A stretch of 64,000 nt of DNA from an uncultured Bacilli bacterium (GCA_947623685.1 CANQHF010000004.1:3459-67458), one strand, 5' to 3'; counted from the stretch's first letter, positions 19,138 through 28,322 are shown. Notes: generated from the sequence alone by a model not told the origin. Numbers and translations are program-made.

Positions 19138-19878
19138 ATGAGTAAAACAGTATTAGTAACAGGTGGATCAAGGGGGATTGGAAGAGCAACCATAATGGAG
19201 TTTGCAAAAAATGGTTATAACGTAGCAATTAATTACGTAAAAGATGATGATGCAGCTAATGAGCTAAAAAGTTTTCTTGCCGAAAACTATGATGTTAAGG
19301 TAATAACCATAAAGGCTGACGTATCGGATGAACAAGAAGTGAAAAAAATGGTTGATTATGTAATTAATCATTTTGGTAAAATAGACGTCCTTGTTAATAA
19401 CGCAGGAATTGCAATTGATACTACGTTCGAAGATAAAACCAAAGAAAATTTTAGAAAAACATTAGATGTTAATTTAATAGGACCTTTTCTTGTTTCTAAA
19501 GAAGTTGGTAAACATATGATAGAAAATAAAAGTGGTTCTATCGTAAACGTTTCTTCTACCAACGCAATGGAAACATATTATACATATAGTTTAGATTATG
19601 ACGCTTCAAAAGCTGGATTAATATCTCTTACTCATAATTTATCTTTGCATTTTTCTCCATACGTAAGAGTAAACGCGGTTGCTCCAGGCTGGGTAAACAC
19701 GCAAATGAATAAAGAACTAGATGATAATTACGTAAAAGAAGAATGTGAAAAGATTTATCAAAAAAGGTTTGCTGAACCTGAAGAAATTGCAAAAGCAATA
19801 TACTTTTTGGCAAGCGATGACGCAAGTTACATAAATAATGAGGTTTTAAGAGTAGATGGTGGAAGTAATCACGCATAA
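19138..19878 (+). CDS. SDR-family oxidoreductase, FabG-like
   Basis: TGGSRGIGRA, NNAG, YDASKAG motifs. Confidence 0.75.
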   Translation: MSKTVLVTGGSRGIGRATIMEFAKNGYNVAINYVKDDDAANELKSFLAENYDVKVITIKADVSDEQEVKKMVDYVINHFGKIDVLVNNAGIAIDTTFEDKTKENFRKTLDVNLIGPFLVSKEVGKHMIENKSGSIVNVSSTNAMETYYTYSLDYDASKAGLISLTHNLSLHFSPYVRVNAVAPGWVNTQMNKELDDNYVKEECEKIYQKRFAEPEEIAKAIYFLASDDASYINNEVLRVDGGSNHA

Positions 19879-19895
19879 AAAGTTATTAAAATAAT

Positions 19896-19915
19896 ATATG
19901 TCGAAATATGTCGAA
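19896..19915 (+). repeat. tandem 10-bp direct repeat ATATGTCGAA x2 upstream of Bro-N paralog 1
   Basis: Exact tandem copies at 19896-19905 and 19906-19915, about 45-60 nt upstream of a TATAAT-like hexamer. Confidence 0.6.
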
Positions 19916-19992
19916 TAAAAAATGTAAAAAAAGGGTTTTAAATCAAACAAATGTATGGTAGTATATAATTGCTAAATGGCAAGGAGGCTACT

Positions 19993-20868
19993 ATGAAAGA
20001 AGAAAAATTAAAAACCATAACAAAATTATTTGAAGGTAATGAAATAAGAAGCATTTGGGATAGTAAAAAGGAAGATTACTATTTTAGTGTTGTTGATGTA
20101 ATAAGTGTGTTAACAGAAAGTAAAATACCAAAAAGATATTGGACTGATTTAAAAAGAAAGCTAATTGAAGAAGGCAGCCAGTTGTACGAAAAAATCGTAC
20201 AACTGAAATTAAAATCTTTAAAGGACGGAAAATATTATTTGACTGATGTGCTTGCAACAGAAGGTATATTTAGACTTATAGAATCTGTTCCTTCTCCTAA
20301 AGCAGAACCTTTTAAGGTATGGTTAGCACATTTGGGTAAAGAAAGGATAGATGAAGTATTTGATCCAGAAAAAGCTATTCATAGAGGTATAGAATATTAT
20401 TTTAATCATGGCTATTCCACCGAGTGGATAGAAAGAAGATTAAAAGCTATATTAGATAGAAATAAACTTACTAAGGTATGGAAGGATAATGGAATTAAAG
20501 AGGATTATGAATATGGAATTTTAACTAATGAAATATATAAAGCTTGGTCTGGTATGAAAGCAAGTGAATATAAAGATTATAAAGGAATAAGAAAAGAATC
20601 TTTAAGGGATAATATGAGTGATTTAGAACTTTTACTAACTGATATTGGTGAAGTAACAACAAGAGCTCTTGCCAAAGAACATAAACCTTATGGTTTAGAA
20701 GCTAATAAAAAAGTTGCTAAAGCTGGTGGCGAAGTAGCAAGTAATACCAAACTGGAAATAGAAAAGAAACTTGGTAAAAAAATTATAAATAATAAAAATA
20801 ATTTGAAATATAAATATATGAATGAAAATGATAAAATAAAAAACAATGACATATTAAAAATTCGATAA
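19993..20868 (+). CDS. Bro-N / DinD-like DNA-binding protein, paralog 1
   Basis: AAGGAGG RBS before ATG 19993; FEGNEIRSIWDSKKEDYYFSVVDVISVLTES Bro-N core; C-terminal YGILTNEIYKAWSGMKASEYKDYKGIRKESLRDNMSDLEL block shared with 54365-55183. Confidence 0.65.
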   Translation: MKEEKLKTITKLFEGNEIRSIWDSKKEDYYFSVVDVISVLTESKIPKRYWTDLKRKLIEEGSQLYEKIVQLKLKSLKDGKYYLTDVLATEGIFRLIESVPSPKAEPFKVWLAHLGKERIDEVFDPEKAIHRGIEYYFNHGYSTEWIERRLKAILDRNKLTKVWKDNGIKEDYEYGILTNEIYKAWSGMKASEYKDYKGIRKESLRDNMSDLELLLTDIGEVTTRALAKEHKPYGLEANKKVAKAGGEVASNTKLEIEKKLGKKIINNKNNLKYKYMNENDKIKNNDILKIR

Positions 20869-20913
20869 TATGTTATAATAATAATTAATTTATTTTATTG
20901 GTGGGGGTATGTT

Positions 20914-21444
20914 ATGTTTAAAGATTTAAAAATGAGTAGGCAAGAGATCATTAGTGCAATTGATTTAGAAAAATTAAAGTATGATTATCCATACGAGACA
21001 AATTGCTATGCTTTTGCTTTAGGTCTTGATATTCCAGAAAAAAATATAATACCATATGCTTATCAACCCGGAACAATATCTAACGCAGATTTTAAACTTT
21101 ACGAAAATGCTAATTTTAAACTTGATGATATAATAAGAAATGTATATAGCGATTTAGATTATTTACATATTAGTTATCGAAAAATAGATTTCAAAGATGA
21201 TTTGCTAGATGATGAATGGAAAATAGCCTTATTTACTTCTTTTGCATATAGAGATTCGTTTAGTGAGTTTCATTTTTTAAGACAATTACAAGGAAACTCG
21301 TTATGGTATGGAAAAGAAGGATATAATGACATAATTACAAATGAAAATTATCTTGGTAAGAAAATGGTAGATATTATTGATGCTAAAGGATATGGAAAAT
21401 TTCAATTATGTTTAGCATTGGGGCTTAAAACGAAAAGAAGGTGA
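20914..21444 (+). CDS. hypothetical protein with papain-like Cys...His signature
   Basis: NCYAFALG motif near residue 30 and later SEFHFLRQ; no signal peptide; ends 5 nt before ynbB-like gene. Confidence 0.35.
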   Translation: MFKDLKMSRQEIISAIDLEKLKYDYPYETNCYAFALGLDIPEKNIIPYAYQPGTISNADFKLYENANFKLDDIIRNVYSDLDYLHISYRKIDFKDDLLDDEWKIALFTSFAYRDSFSEFHFLRQLQGNSLWYGKEGYNDIITNENYLGKKMVDIIDAKGYGKFQLCLALGLKTKRR

Positions 21445-21449
21445 ATTAA

Positions 21450-22706
21450 ATGTATGAAGAATTAAACATATCTAAAAGGGTAGTAGATATGGTAAATAAA
21501 GCAGAAGAAAGTTTAAAAGATGAGTTTAAAAAAATTGATGAAGTATGTGATATAAATAGTTTAAAGGTGCTTAATGCTTTTCATAATAATAATATTTCAG
21601 AAGCTCACTTTAATAGTACGACGGGTTACGGTTATGATGACATAGGGCGCACCGCAATAGAAAACGTGTTTAAGGAAGTTTTGGATGCTGAAGACGCACT
21701 TGTAAGAAGTCAGTTTATATCAGGTTCTCACGCTTTATGTGTTGCTTTATTTTCGTACTTAAGACCAGGTGATTTAATGCTTAGCATAACTGGCACTCCT
21801 TATGATACGCTTCACGAAGTAATTGGCATAAAGGAAAATAAAAGTTCTTTAAAATCTTTTGGAGTTTTGTATGATCAAATTGAATTAGTAAGTGATGATT
21901 TTGATTATGAAAAAATAAAACATTACTTAACAAGTAAAAAGGTTAAACTAATTGAAATTCAAAGAAGTAAAGGTTATTCTAAAAGAAAAAGCATCACCAT
22001 AGATAAGTTAGAAAAAGTTATTAAGGAAATAAGAAAAATAGATAAAGATGTTATTATAATGGTTGATAATTGTTACTGCGAGTTTGTTGAAGAAAAATCT
22101 CCTTGCACGGTAGGAGCAGACGTAATAGTGGGATCATTAATTAAAAATTTAGGTGGTGGTATTGCTCCTAATGGTGCTTATATTGCTGGTAAAAAAGAAT
22201 TAATTGATTTAGCAGGAGAAAGATTAACCTTACCTGGTGAAGGAAAAGAAGTTGGCCCAACCCTTGGAATAAATAAGCAAATCCTTCAAGGTATTTTTAT
22301 GGCACCTAGCGTTGTTTGCGCATCTTTAAAAACAGCTGTTTTAACTAGTAAAGTTTTGGAAGATTTAGGTTATAAGGTTGAGCCTAAATATAATGAAAAG
22401 AGAGCAGATATTGTTCAAAATATTATATTTGGTAATGAAGAAGATTTAGTTCGTTATTGTGGCGGAATCCAAAGTGCTTCACCTATTGATTCTTTTTCAA
22501 AACCGGTTCCTTGGGATATGCCTGGATATGATGATAAAGTCGTTATGGCATCTGGTTCCTTTACGCAAGGATCATCAATCGAGCTTTCATGTGATGGACC
22601 AATAAGAGATCCTTTTATAGCATATCAACAAGGTAGTTTAACTTATAATTATGGTAAAATAGCGGTTATGAAGGCTGTTTCAACACTACTAAATAACGAC
22701 AAATAA
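21450..22706 (+). CDS. ynbB: methionine gamma-lyase-family PLP protein (YnbB / aluminium-resistance type)
   Basis: HFNSTTGYGYDDIGR and GSLIKNLGGGIAP motifs; 418 aa. Confidence 0.75.
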   Translation: MYEELNISKRVVDMVNKAEESLKDEFKKIDEVCDINSLKVLNAFHNNNISEAHFNSTTGYGYDDIGRTAIENVFKEVLDAEDALVRSQFISGSHALCVALFSYLRPGDLMLSITGTPYDTLHEVIGIKENKSSLKSFGVLYDQIELVSDDFDYEKIKHYLTSKKVKLIEIQRSKGYSKRKSITIDKLEKVIKEIRKIDKDVIIMVDNCYCEFVEEKSPCTVGADVIVGSLIKNLGGGIAPNGAYIAGKKELIDLAGERLTLPGEGKEVGPTLGINKQILQGIFMAPSVVCASLKTAVLTSKVLEDLGYKVEPKYNEKRADIVQNIIFGNEEDLVRYCGGIQSASPIDSFSKPVPWDMPGYDDKVVMASGSFTQGSSIELSCDGPIRDPFIAYQQGSLTYNYGKIAVMKAVSTLLNNDK

Positions 22707-22766
22707 CCCGTTAATTTTCTTTATAGTTTTAAAAACAAGTGTTATAATAAATATGAAGGTGTACAT

Positions 22767-24182
22767 ATGGCAAAAAAAGGTTTAATTATTTTATTTATTA
22801 TTTCCATAGTTTTTCTTATTTTTGGTTTTTATGTTAATTTTTTTTCTCGCAGAATTTATTTTAATAATTTTACCAGTGATGAACAAACCGAAGTATTCAA
22901 AAAATATAAGCCTAAAAAAATAAGCGTTTGTTATGGAACTAAGTATAATTGTAAGAAAATAAATTATAAACTCAAAGGATCTGTTAACGAAAAAAAATTA
23001 GGAACTTATACTTTAACTTATATAGCAAATTATAAAGATGTTTCTGTAACAAAAAGAAAAAAAGTAAAGGTAGTTGATACCAAAAAACCTAATTTAAACG
23101 TAGAAGGAATTTTTACTAATGTTTGTCCAAATGGTAAAAACGACTATGTTAAAATAACCGCCGATGATTTATATGATGGTGATTTAACTGACAAAGTTAA
23201 GTATAAAATAAAAGATAATAAAATAATATATAAGGTATCAGATTCTTCTGGTAACACTACTAAAAAGACTTTTGAGGTTAATATTATGGATAATGAAAAA
23301 CCACAGTTAATATTAAATGATGAAAACATAATTTATTTATCAGTTGGTTCTAAGTTTATTGAGCCAGGTTATGTAGCAATAGATAATTGTGATGGAAATA
23401 TAACTGAAGAAGTAAAAGTATCAGGAGAAGTTGATACAACAAAACCTGGAACATATGAAATCACTTATACCGTAAAAGACGAATTTGCAAATGAAACAAG
23501 TGTAAAAAGAACGGTAAAAGTATTTCCTAAAAATAGTTATAAACCAGGAATTTTATCTAATAAAACGATCTACTTAACTTTTGATGACGGTCCAGGAGCT
23601 CATACTGCAAGACTTCTTGACATTCTTAAAAATTACAACGTAAAAGCAACGTTTTTTGTAACTGGATATAATAACAATTATAATGATCTATTAAAAAGAG
23701 AAAATGATGAAGGTCATACGGTTGCACTTCATAGTTATACTCATAACTATGGTTTAATATATCAAAGTATTGATGCTTATATGGAAGATTTATTAAGAAT
23801 TCAAGATAAAGTAAGACAATATACTGGTGTTACTTCTACGATAATTAGATTTCCTGGTGGAAGTAGTAATACAATAAGCAGAAAATATAGGACTAGGATC
23901 ATGACGGACTTAACTAAAAAAGTAGAAGAAATTGGTTTTAGATACTTTGATTGGACGATTCTTTCTGGTGATGCTGGGAACACTACTGATCCAAATAAGA
24001 TTATTCAAAATGTAACTAGTGCTGTTAAGGAAAACGAGACAAATGTTGTTTTGATGCATGATATTAAGTCTTACACGGTTGATTCAGTTGAAAAAATAAT
24101 TCAGTACGGATTATCTAACGGTTATACTTTTGCGCCACTTACTATGGAAAGCCCGGTAGTACATCAACACGTTAATAATTAA
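22767..24182 (+). CDS. membrane-anchored polysaccharide deacetylase (NodB domain) with Ig-like repeats
   Basis: N-terminal TM helix; two DUF5011-like Ig repeats; TIYLTFDDGPGAHT, HSYTH NodB motifs. Confidence 0.8.
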   Translation: MAKKGLIILFIISIVFLIFGFYVNFFSRRIYFNNFTSDEQTEVFKKYKPKKISVCYGTKYNCKKINYKLKGSVNEKKLGTYTLTYIANYKDVSVTKRKKVKVVDTKKPNLNVEGIFTNVCPNGKNDYVKITADDLYDGDLTDKVKYKIKDNKIIYKVSDSSGNTTKKTFEVNIMDNEKPQLILNDENIIYLSVGSKFIEPGYVAIDNCDGNITEEVKVSGEVDTTKPGTYEITYTVKDEFANETSVKRTVKVFPKNSYKPGILSNKTIYLTFDDGPGAHTARLLDILKNYNVKATFFVTGYNNNYNDLLKRENDEGHTVALHSYTHNYGLIYQSIDAYMEDLLRIQDKVRQYTGVTSTIIRFPGGSSNTISRKYRTRIMTDLTKKVEEIGFRYFDWTILSGDAGNTTDPNKIIQNVTSAVKENETNVVLMHDIKSYTVDSVEKIIQYGLSNGYTFAPLTMESPVVHQHVNN

Positions 24183-24278
24183 AAAAGAAAATGTAAAAAG
24201 TTTTCTTTTTTCTTTGGCATAATAATTATTCAATATATTTATATTATCATCTAATAAATTAGATGGGGGAATTGGTTA

Positions 24279-25253
24279 ATGCAAAAAAAAGGAATTGATA
24301 TAAGTCACCACCAAGGTGACATTGACTTTGATGCTTTAAAAGGAAATATTGATTTTGCCATTGTAAGAACCAGTTATGGTGCCTTTTATGAAGATAGAAA
24401 ATATAAAGAAAATATAAAAGGACTTGAAAGAATAGGAGTACCATATGGTTTATATCACTTTTCATATGCAACTAGCGTAGAATCGGCAAAAAAAGAAGCA
24501 GAAGGTTTTATAAATCTTATAAAAAATTATAAACCTACTTACCCGGTTATAATTGACATCGAATCATCTAGTCAAACCAAAGACGTAAGATCAGATACGT
24601 TGTCAGATATCGCTGATGTGTTTTGTAAAATGGTAGAAGAAAAAGGATATTACGTTATGATATATGCTAATTTAGATTATTTTAAAAATAAATTAAATGC
24701 ATCTAAATTAGATAAATATGATAAATGGTTAGCACAGTGGAGTAGTAAGCCAACTTATGATAAAGAGTTTGGAATATGGCAATATTCGTCAAAAGGTAAT
24801 GTATCAGGAATAAATGGTAACGTTGATTTGGATATAGCTTATAAGGATTATCCATCAATAATAAAAAAACAGGGTTTAAATGGTTATGAAGATAATACTA
24901 GTAATGACTCTAATAATAATGATAATGAAACGCCAGGGCAAGTGGAAATAAATTACGTTGTAAAAAAAGGTGATACTTTAAGCGGTATAGCAAGTAAATA
25001 TGGTACTACTTATCAATTATTAGCAAGCTATAATAATATTACTAATCCAAATAAGATATATCCAGGACAAATAATAAGGGTTCCAAAGCAAGGTGACATT
25101 AATCCAACAACGTACGTTGTACGAAAAGGTGATACCTTAAGTGGTATAGCAAAAAAATATGGTACAACATCTAATAAGTTGTATGAAAAAAATAAAAGTA
25201 TAATTGGTAATAATCCGAATAAAATATATCCGGGACAAGTACTTTCTATATAG
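24279..25253 (+). CDS. GH25 muramidase with two C-terminal LysM domains
   Basis: [17 protein letters not shown]...FAIVR GH25 N-terminus; two YVV(K/R)[13 protein letters not shown] LysM repeats; no signal peptide. Confidence 0.85.
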   Translation: MQKKGIDISHHQGDIDFDALKGNIDFAIVRTSYGAFYEDRKYKENIKGLERIGVPYGLYHFSYATSVESAKKEAEGFINLIKNYKPTYPVIIDIESSSQTKDVRSDTLSDIADVFCKMVEEKGYYVMIYANLDYFKNKLNASKLDKYDKWLAQWSSKPTYDKEFGIWQYSSKGNVSGINGNVDLDIAYKDYPSIIKKQGLNGYEDNTSNDSNNNDNETPGQVEINYVVKKGDTLSGIASKYGTTYQLLASYNNITNPNKIYPGQIIRVPKQGDINPTTYVVRKGDTLSGIAKKYGTTSNKLYEKNKSIIGNNPNKIYPGQVLSI

Positions 25254-25324
25254 GTTAACACTTAATTGTGTTAACTTTTTTATTGTATAAAATAAAAAAA
25301 TGTATTATAATTGGTTTTGTAAAT

Positions 25325-25399
25325 TGCCCTGTAGCCAAGTGGTAAGGCATCGGACTCTGACCCCGACATGCACTGGTTCGAATCCAGTCAGGGCAACCA
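25325..25399 (+). tRNA. tRNA-Gln (anticodon CUG)
   Basis: Cloverleaf folded by hand: acceptor TGCCCTG/CAGGGCA, anticodon loop CTCTGAC, T-arm GGTTCGAATCC, encoded CCA. Confidence 0.85.
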
Positions 25400-25405
25400 A
25401 TTTAT

Positions 25406-25440
25406 AAAAAAATAGTGCATATTTATTGCACTATTTTTAT
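25406..25440. terminator. bidirectional terminator between tRNA-Gln and collagen-like gene 2
   Basis: ATAGTGCA-loop-TGCACTAT hairpin flanked by an A-run and a T-run. Confidence 0.7.
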
Positions 25441-25445
25441 TATGA

Positions 25446-26285
25446 TTAGTTTAGTTTTTTAACTATTAAGTTTGCAGAGTTAATGTTGCCTGTAACTTGC
25501 GCAGTTGAACTTAATTGTAATGAAATTGCGTCTCCTGCACTTAATATAGATATAACTGATGATGAAATTGAAACAGGTGCATTACTTGCTGGTAAGTTTA
25601 CTGTTTTTGCACTTCCTACTATGTCATTTCCACCGTTCATAGCTGCAACAGTTATAGTTCCTTGAGTACCAGCTTCTGCTACAACGTTATATGTTATTTC
25701 ATAAGTTCCTTCTTCTGTAATACCTATTGAGTTTTCATCTGCAGATGTAACGTTTACGTTTGATGATCCTATCATTGGATTATCTAAAGTAACCGTTACA
25801 GGAGCATCTTGATCAACAGTTGCTTGTTGCTGCGTGTTAGAATATAATCCCCCGAATGCATTAAGTCCGTTAGCAGGTCCGGTTGGGCCTTGCGGAATAC
25901 CTAGTTCTAATGTTAGATCTGGATATTCACCAGTAATTGTTGCAGTAGGTTCAGCTCCTGGATCTAAAACGGTTGCGGTAGCTCCAAATGTAGGTGTTTC
26001 AATTGATGGTCCGGTTGGGCCTTGCGGAATACCTAATTCTAATGTTAAATTTGGATATGTGCCAGTAACGGTTGCGGTAGCATCATCCCCTGCTGGTAAA
26101 GTTGTTGCGGTAGCCGTTATAACAGGTTCAACTATAGTGCCAGCAGGACCAGTAGGCCCAGTTGGACCAGTTGCACCTATAGCATATCTAGGACAACAAT
26201 TTTTTTGATTTTGCATTTCATTTAATGCTGTTGCTAAAATGCTGCCTTCATAACAACCCATATCACCTTGAAAATTATTATTCAT
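25446..26285 (-). CDS. BclA-type collagen-like protein 2 (short GXY tract, two ~45-aa repeats)
   Basis: AAAGGAG RBS; [20 protein letters not shown]; duplicated ...TAT(V/I)TG(T/E)YP(N/D)LTLELGIPQGPTGP; beta-rich C-terminal domain. Confidence 0.8.
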   Translation of the reverse strand: MNNNFQGDMGCYEGSILATALNEMQNQKNCCPRYAIGATGPTGPTGPAGTIVEPVITATATTLPAGDDATATVTGTYPNLTLELGIPQGPTGPSIETPTFGATATVLDPGAEPTATITGEYPDLTLELGIPQGPTGPANGLNAFGGLYSNTQQQATVDQDAPVTVTLDNPMIGSSNVNVTSADENSIGITEEGTYEITYNVVAEAGTQGTITVAAMNGGNDIVGSAKTVNLPASNAPVSISSSVISILSAGDAISLQLSSTAQVTGNINSANLIVKKLN

Positions 26286-26304
26286 ATTTTTTCTCCTTTC
26301 AAAG

Positions 26305-26313
26305 TATCATATG
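26305..26313 (-). promoter_or_regulatory. CATATGATA -10-like element of collagen-like gene 2
   Basis: Minus strand reads CATATGATA, matching CATAnnnTA, 19 nt before the ATG; flanking blocks conserved with 8731-8775. Confidence 0.4.
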
Positions 26314-26427
26314 AACTTAAAAATTTACCACTTATTATGTTTGTATGCATTTATTTAAAAAATAAAGTAAAGTTTATATTGAAAAATTATACTCTTTATG
26401 TTAAATTATAAATGGTTTATTTTTAAT

Positions 26428-26504
26428 GGCTCGTTGGTGAAGGGGTTTAACACATCGCCCTCTCAAGGCGACATTCACGAGTTCAAATCTCGTACGAGTC
26501 ACCA
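26428..26504 (+). tRNA. tRNA-Glu (anticodon CUC)
   Basis: Acceptor GGCTCGT/ACGAGTC; anticodon stem TCGCC/GGCGA with loop CTCTCAA; T-arm ACGAG-TTCAAAT-CTCGT; encoded CCA. Close to the Firmicute tRNA-Glu pattern. Confidence 0.85.
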
Positions 26505-26514
26505 TTTTGAATTT

Positions 26515-26540
26515 AAGATTAGTTTTACTAATCTTTTATT
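26515..26540 (+). terminator. tRNA-Glu terminator
   Basis: AAGATTAGT-TTT-ACTAATCTT hairpin plus T-run. Confidence 0.7.
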
Positions 26541-26553
26541 TATTTAAAATATT

Positions 26554-26562
26554 TGATATAAT
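26554..26562 (+). promoter_or_regulatory. extended -10 (TGATATAAT) upstream of gltX
   Basis: TGnTATAAT match 30 nt upstream of the gltX ATG. Confidence 0.45.
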
Positions 26563-26591
26563 TTAATTGCTTGTGAAAGGGAGTTTATTTT

Positions 26592-28253
26592 ATGACTAAC
26601 AAAGATTTAGCAAATTTGATATTTCCTAACGTAACTAAAACGATTGAAGATTATGAAAAGATGTATCCTAAAAGAAACTTAAAAGAAGGAGCAGTAGTAA
26701 CACGTTTTGCACCTAGTCCAACAGGATTTGTTCACATAGGGCATGTTTTTTCATCTTTTGTTGCAAATAAAGTTGCAAAAGATACAAATGGAGTGTTTTA
26801 TTTAAGAATAGAAGATACTGACCAAGAAAGAATTGTAGATGGTGCAATAACCAATATCTTAAAAGATTTAAAAGATTATGATATAACCTTTGATGAAGGA
26901 ATGATAAGTGAGAAAGAAGAAAAAGGTAATTATGGACCTTACTTACAAAGTAAAAGAAAAGAAATATATCATACTTTTATTAAATATTTTCTTGAAAATG
27001 GTATGGCTTATCCTTGTTTTTGTTCAAAAGAAGAATTAGAAGAAATAAGAAGCGCCCAAGAAAAAAGAAAAGATAGAATAGGTTATTATGGAAGATATGC
27101 AAAATATAGACGAAATTCAATAGAAGATTCTTATAACAGAATCAAAAATGGAGAAAAATTTGTTATTAGATTAAAGTCTTCAGGTGATTTTGCAAAAAAA
27201 GTTACGGTTAAGGATTTAGTAAAGGGAAACATTACGTTCCCAGAAAATGATATGGATATTGTCATTATGAAACAAGATGGGCTTCCAACTTATCATTTTG
27301 CACATTTAGTTGATGATTATCTAATGCGTACTACTCATATAATAAGAAGTGATGAGTGGGTATCATCGTTACCTGTTCACGTACAATTATTTCAAATGTT
27401 AGGCGTAAAACCACCAAAATATGCACATTTATCACCAATAATGAAGGATGATAACGGAACAAAAAGAAAACTTTCTAAAAGAAAGGATCCAGAATGCGCA
27501 ATGCATTTTTATCATGAAAAAGGAATACCAACCGAAGCGGTTAAACTTTATTTAATGACGCTTGCTAACACTAACTTTGAACAGTGGATGGATGCTAATA
27601 AAGATAAAACAATCGATGATTTTGAGTTTAGTTTTAGCAAAATAAGTAAATCTGGTGGTTTATTTGATATGGAAAAACTTAACAATATTTCAAAAAACTA
27701 CTTATCAAGAATAAAAGCTACTGAATTTTATGAAATGCTTGTAAATTATACAAAAGAGTATGATGAAGAGTTTTATGAACTTATAACTAAATATAAAGAT
27801 TTCACAATTGGTCTTTTAAATATTGAAAGAGAACAAAAAAAACCAAGAAAGGATTATGCATCTTTTAGTGAAGTTAAAAAACTTGTGTGGTATATGTATG
27901 ATGAGTTATTTGAAAAACATAAGAAAAATTATGAATTTACGACTATTACTGATAAAGATGAAATAATTAAAATAATGAAAACATACATTGAAAAATATTA
28001 TGATGAAAATGATGATCAGACGACCTGGTTTGAAAAGATTAAAGATTTATCAGAAGATTTTGGTTACGCAAGGGAAGTAAAGGAATATAAAGAAAATCCT
28101 GACAAATATAAAGGACATGTAGGTGATATCTCAATGGTAATAAGAGTTGCGCTTACCACCAAGTCAATGACTCCAAACCTTTATGATATAATGAAACTAT
28201 TTGGTAAAGAAAAAATTATAAAAAGAATAGAAGAATTAGAGAAAAATCTCTAA
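26592..28253 (+). CDS. gltX: glutamate--tRNA ligase (long Clostridial type)
   Basis: RFAPSPTGFVHIGH (HIGH) and KLSKRK (KMSKS) class-I motifs; 553 aa. Confidence 0.85.
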   Translation: MTNKDLANLIFPNVTKTIEDYEKMYPKRNLKEGAVVTRFAPSPTGFVHIGHVFSSFVANKVAKDTNGVFYLRIEDTDQERIVDGAITNILKDLKDYDITFDEGMISEKEEKGNYGPYLQSKRKEIYHTFIKYFLENGMAYPCFCSKEELEEIRSAQEKRKDRIGYYGRYAKYRRNSIEDSYNRIKNGEKFVIRLKSSGDFAKKVTVKDLVKGNITFPENDMDIVIMKQDGLPTYHFAHLVDDYLMRTTHIIRSDEWVSSLPVHVQLFQMLGVKPPKYAHLSPIMKDDNGTKRKLSKRKDPECAMHFYHEKGIPTEAVKLYLMTLANTNFEQWMDANKDKTIDDFEFSFSKISKSGGLFDMEKLNNISKNYLSRIKATEFYEMLVNYTKEYDEEFYELITKYKDFTIGLLNIEREQKKPRKDYASFSEVKKLVWYMYDELFEKHKKNYEFTTITDKDEIIKIMKTYIEKYYDENDDQTTWFEKIKDLSEDFGYAREVKEYKENPDKYKGHVGDISMVIRVALTTKSMTPNLYDIMKLFGKEKIIKRIEELEKNL

Positions 28254-28261
28254 TTTTTTTT
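28236..28261 (+). terminator. gltX terminator overlapping its stop codon
   Basis: TTAGAGA-AAAA-TCTCTAA hairpin plus T8. Confidence 0.6.
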
Positions 28262-28264
28262 AAT

Positions 28265-28312
28265 TTTAGGGGAGTTTTTAAAAGTTACGTAGAATAAAAA
28301 TATAGGAGGATG
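28265..28312 (+). promoter_or_regulatory. conserved 5-prime cassette, copy 1 (sigH-like -35/-10 plus RBS)
   Basis: 39/48 ungapped identity with 54310-54357; contains AGGGGAGTT, 12-nt gap, GTAGAATAA, then GGAGG. Confidence 0.45.
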
Positions 28313-28322
28313 TATAAATCTA

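Noticed and set aside
25483-26208. ORFs 25483-25665(+) and 25834-26208(+) antisense to collagen-like gene 2
   Set aside because: Same artefact: a G+C-richer repetitive coding region leaves the opposite strand open. They have no RBS, and the 124-aa product mirrors the GPxG repeats.
26505-26591. T-box leader upstream of gltX
   Set aside because: The gap is only 88 nt and holds a tRNA terminator plus a promoter. No specifier loop or T-box sequence was seen.
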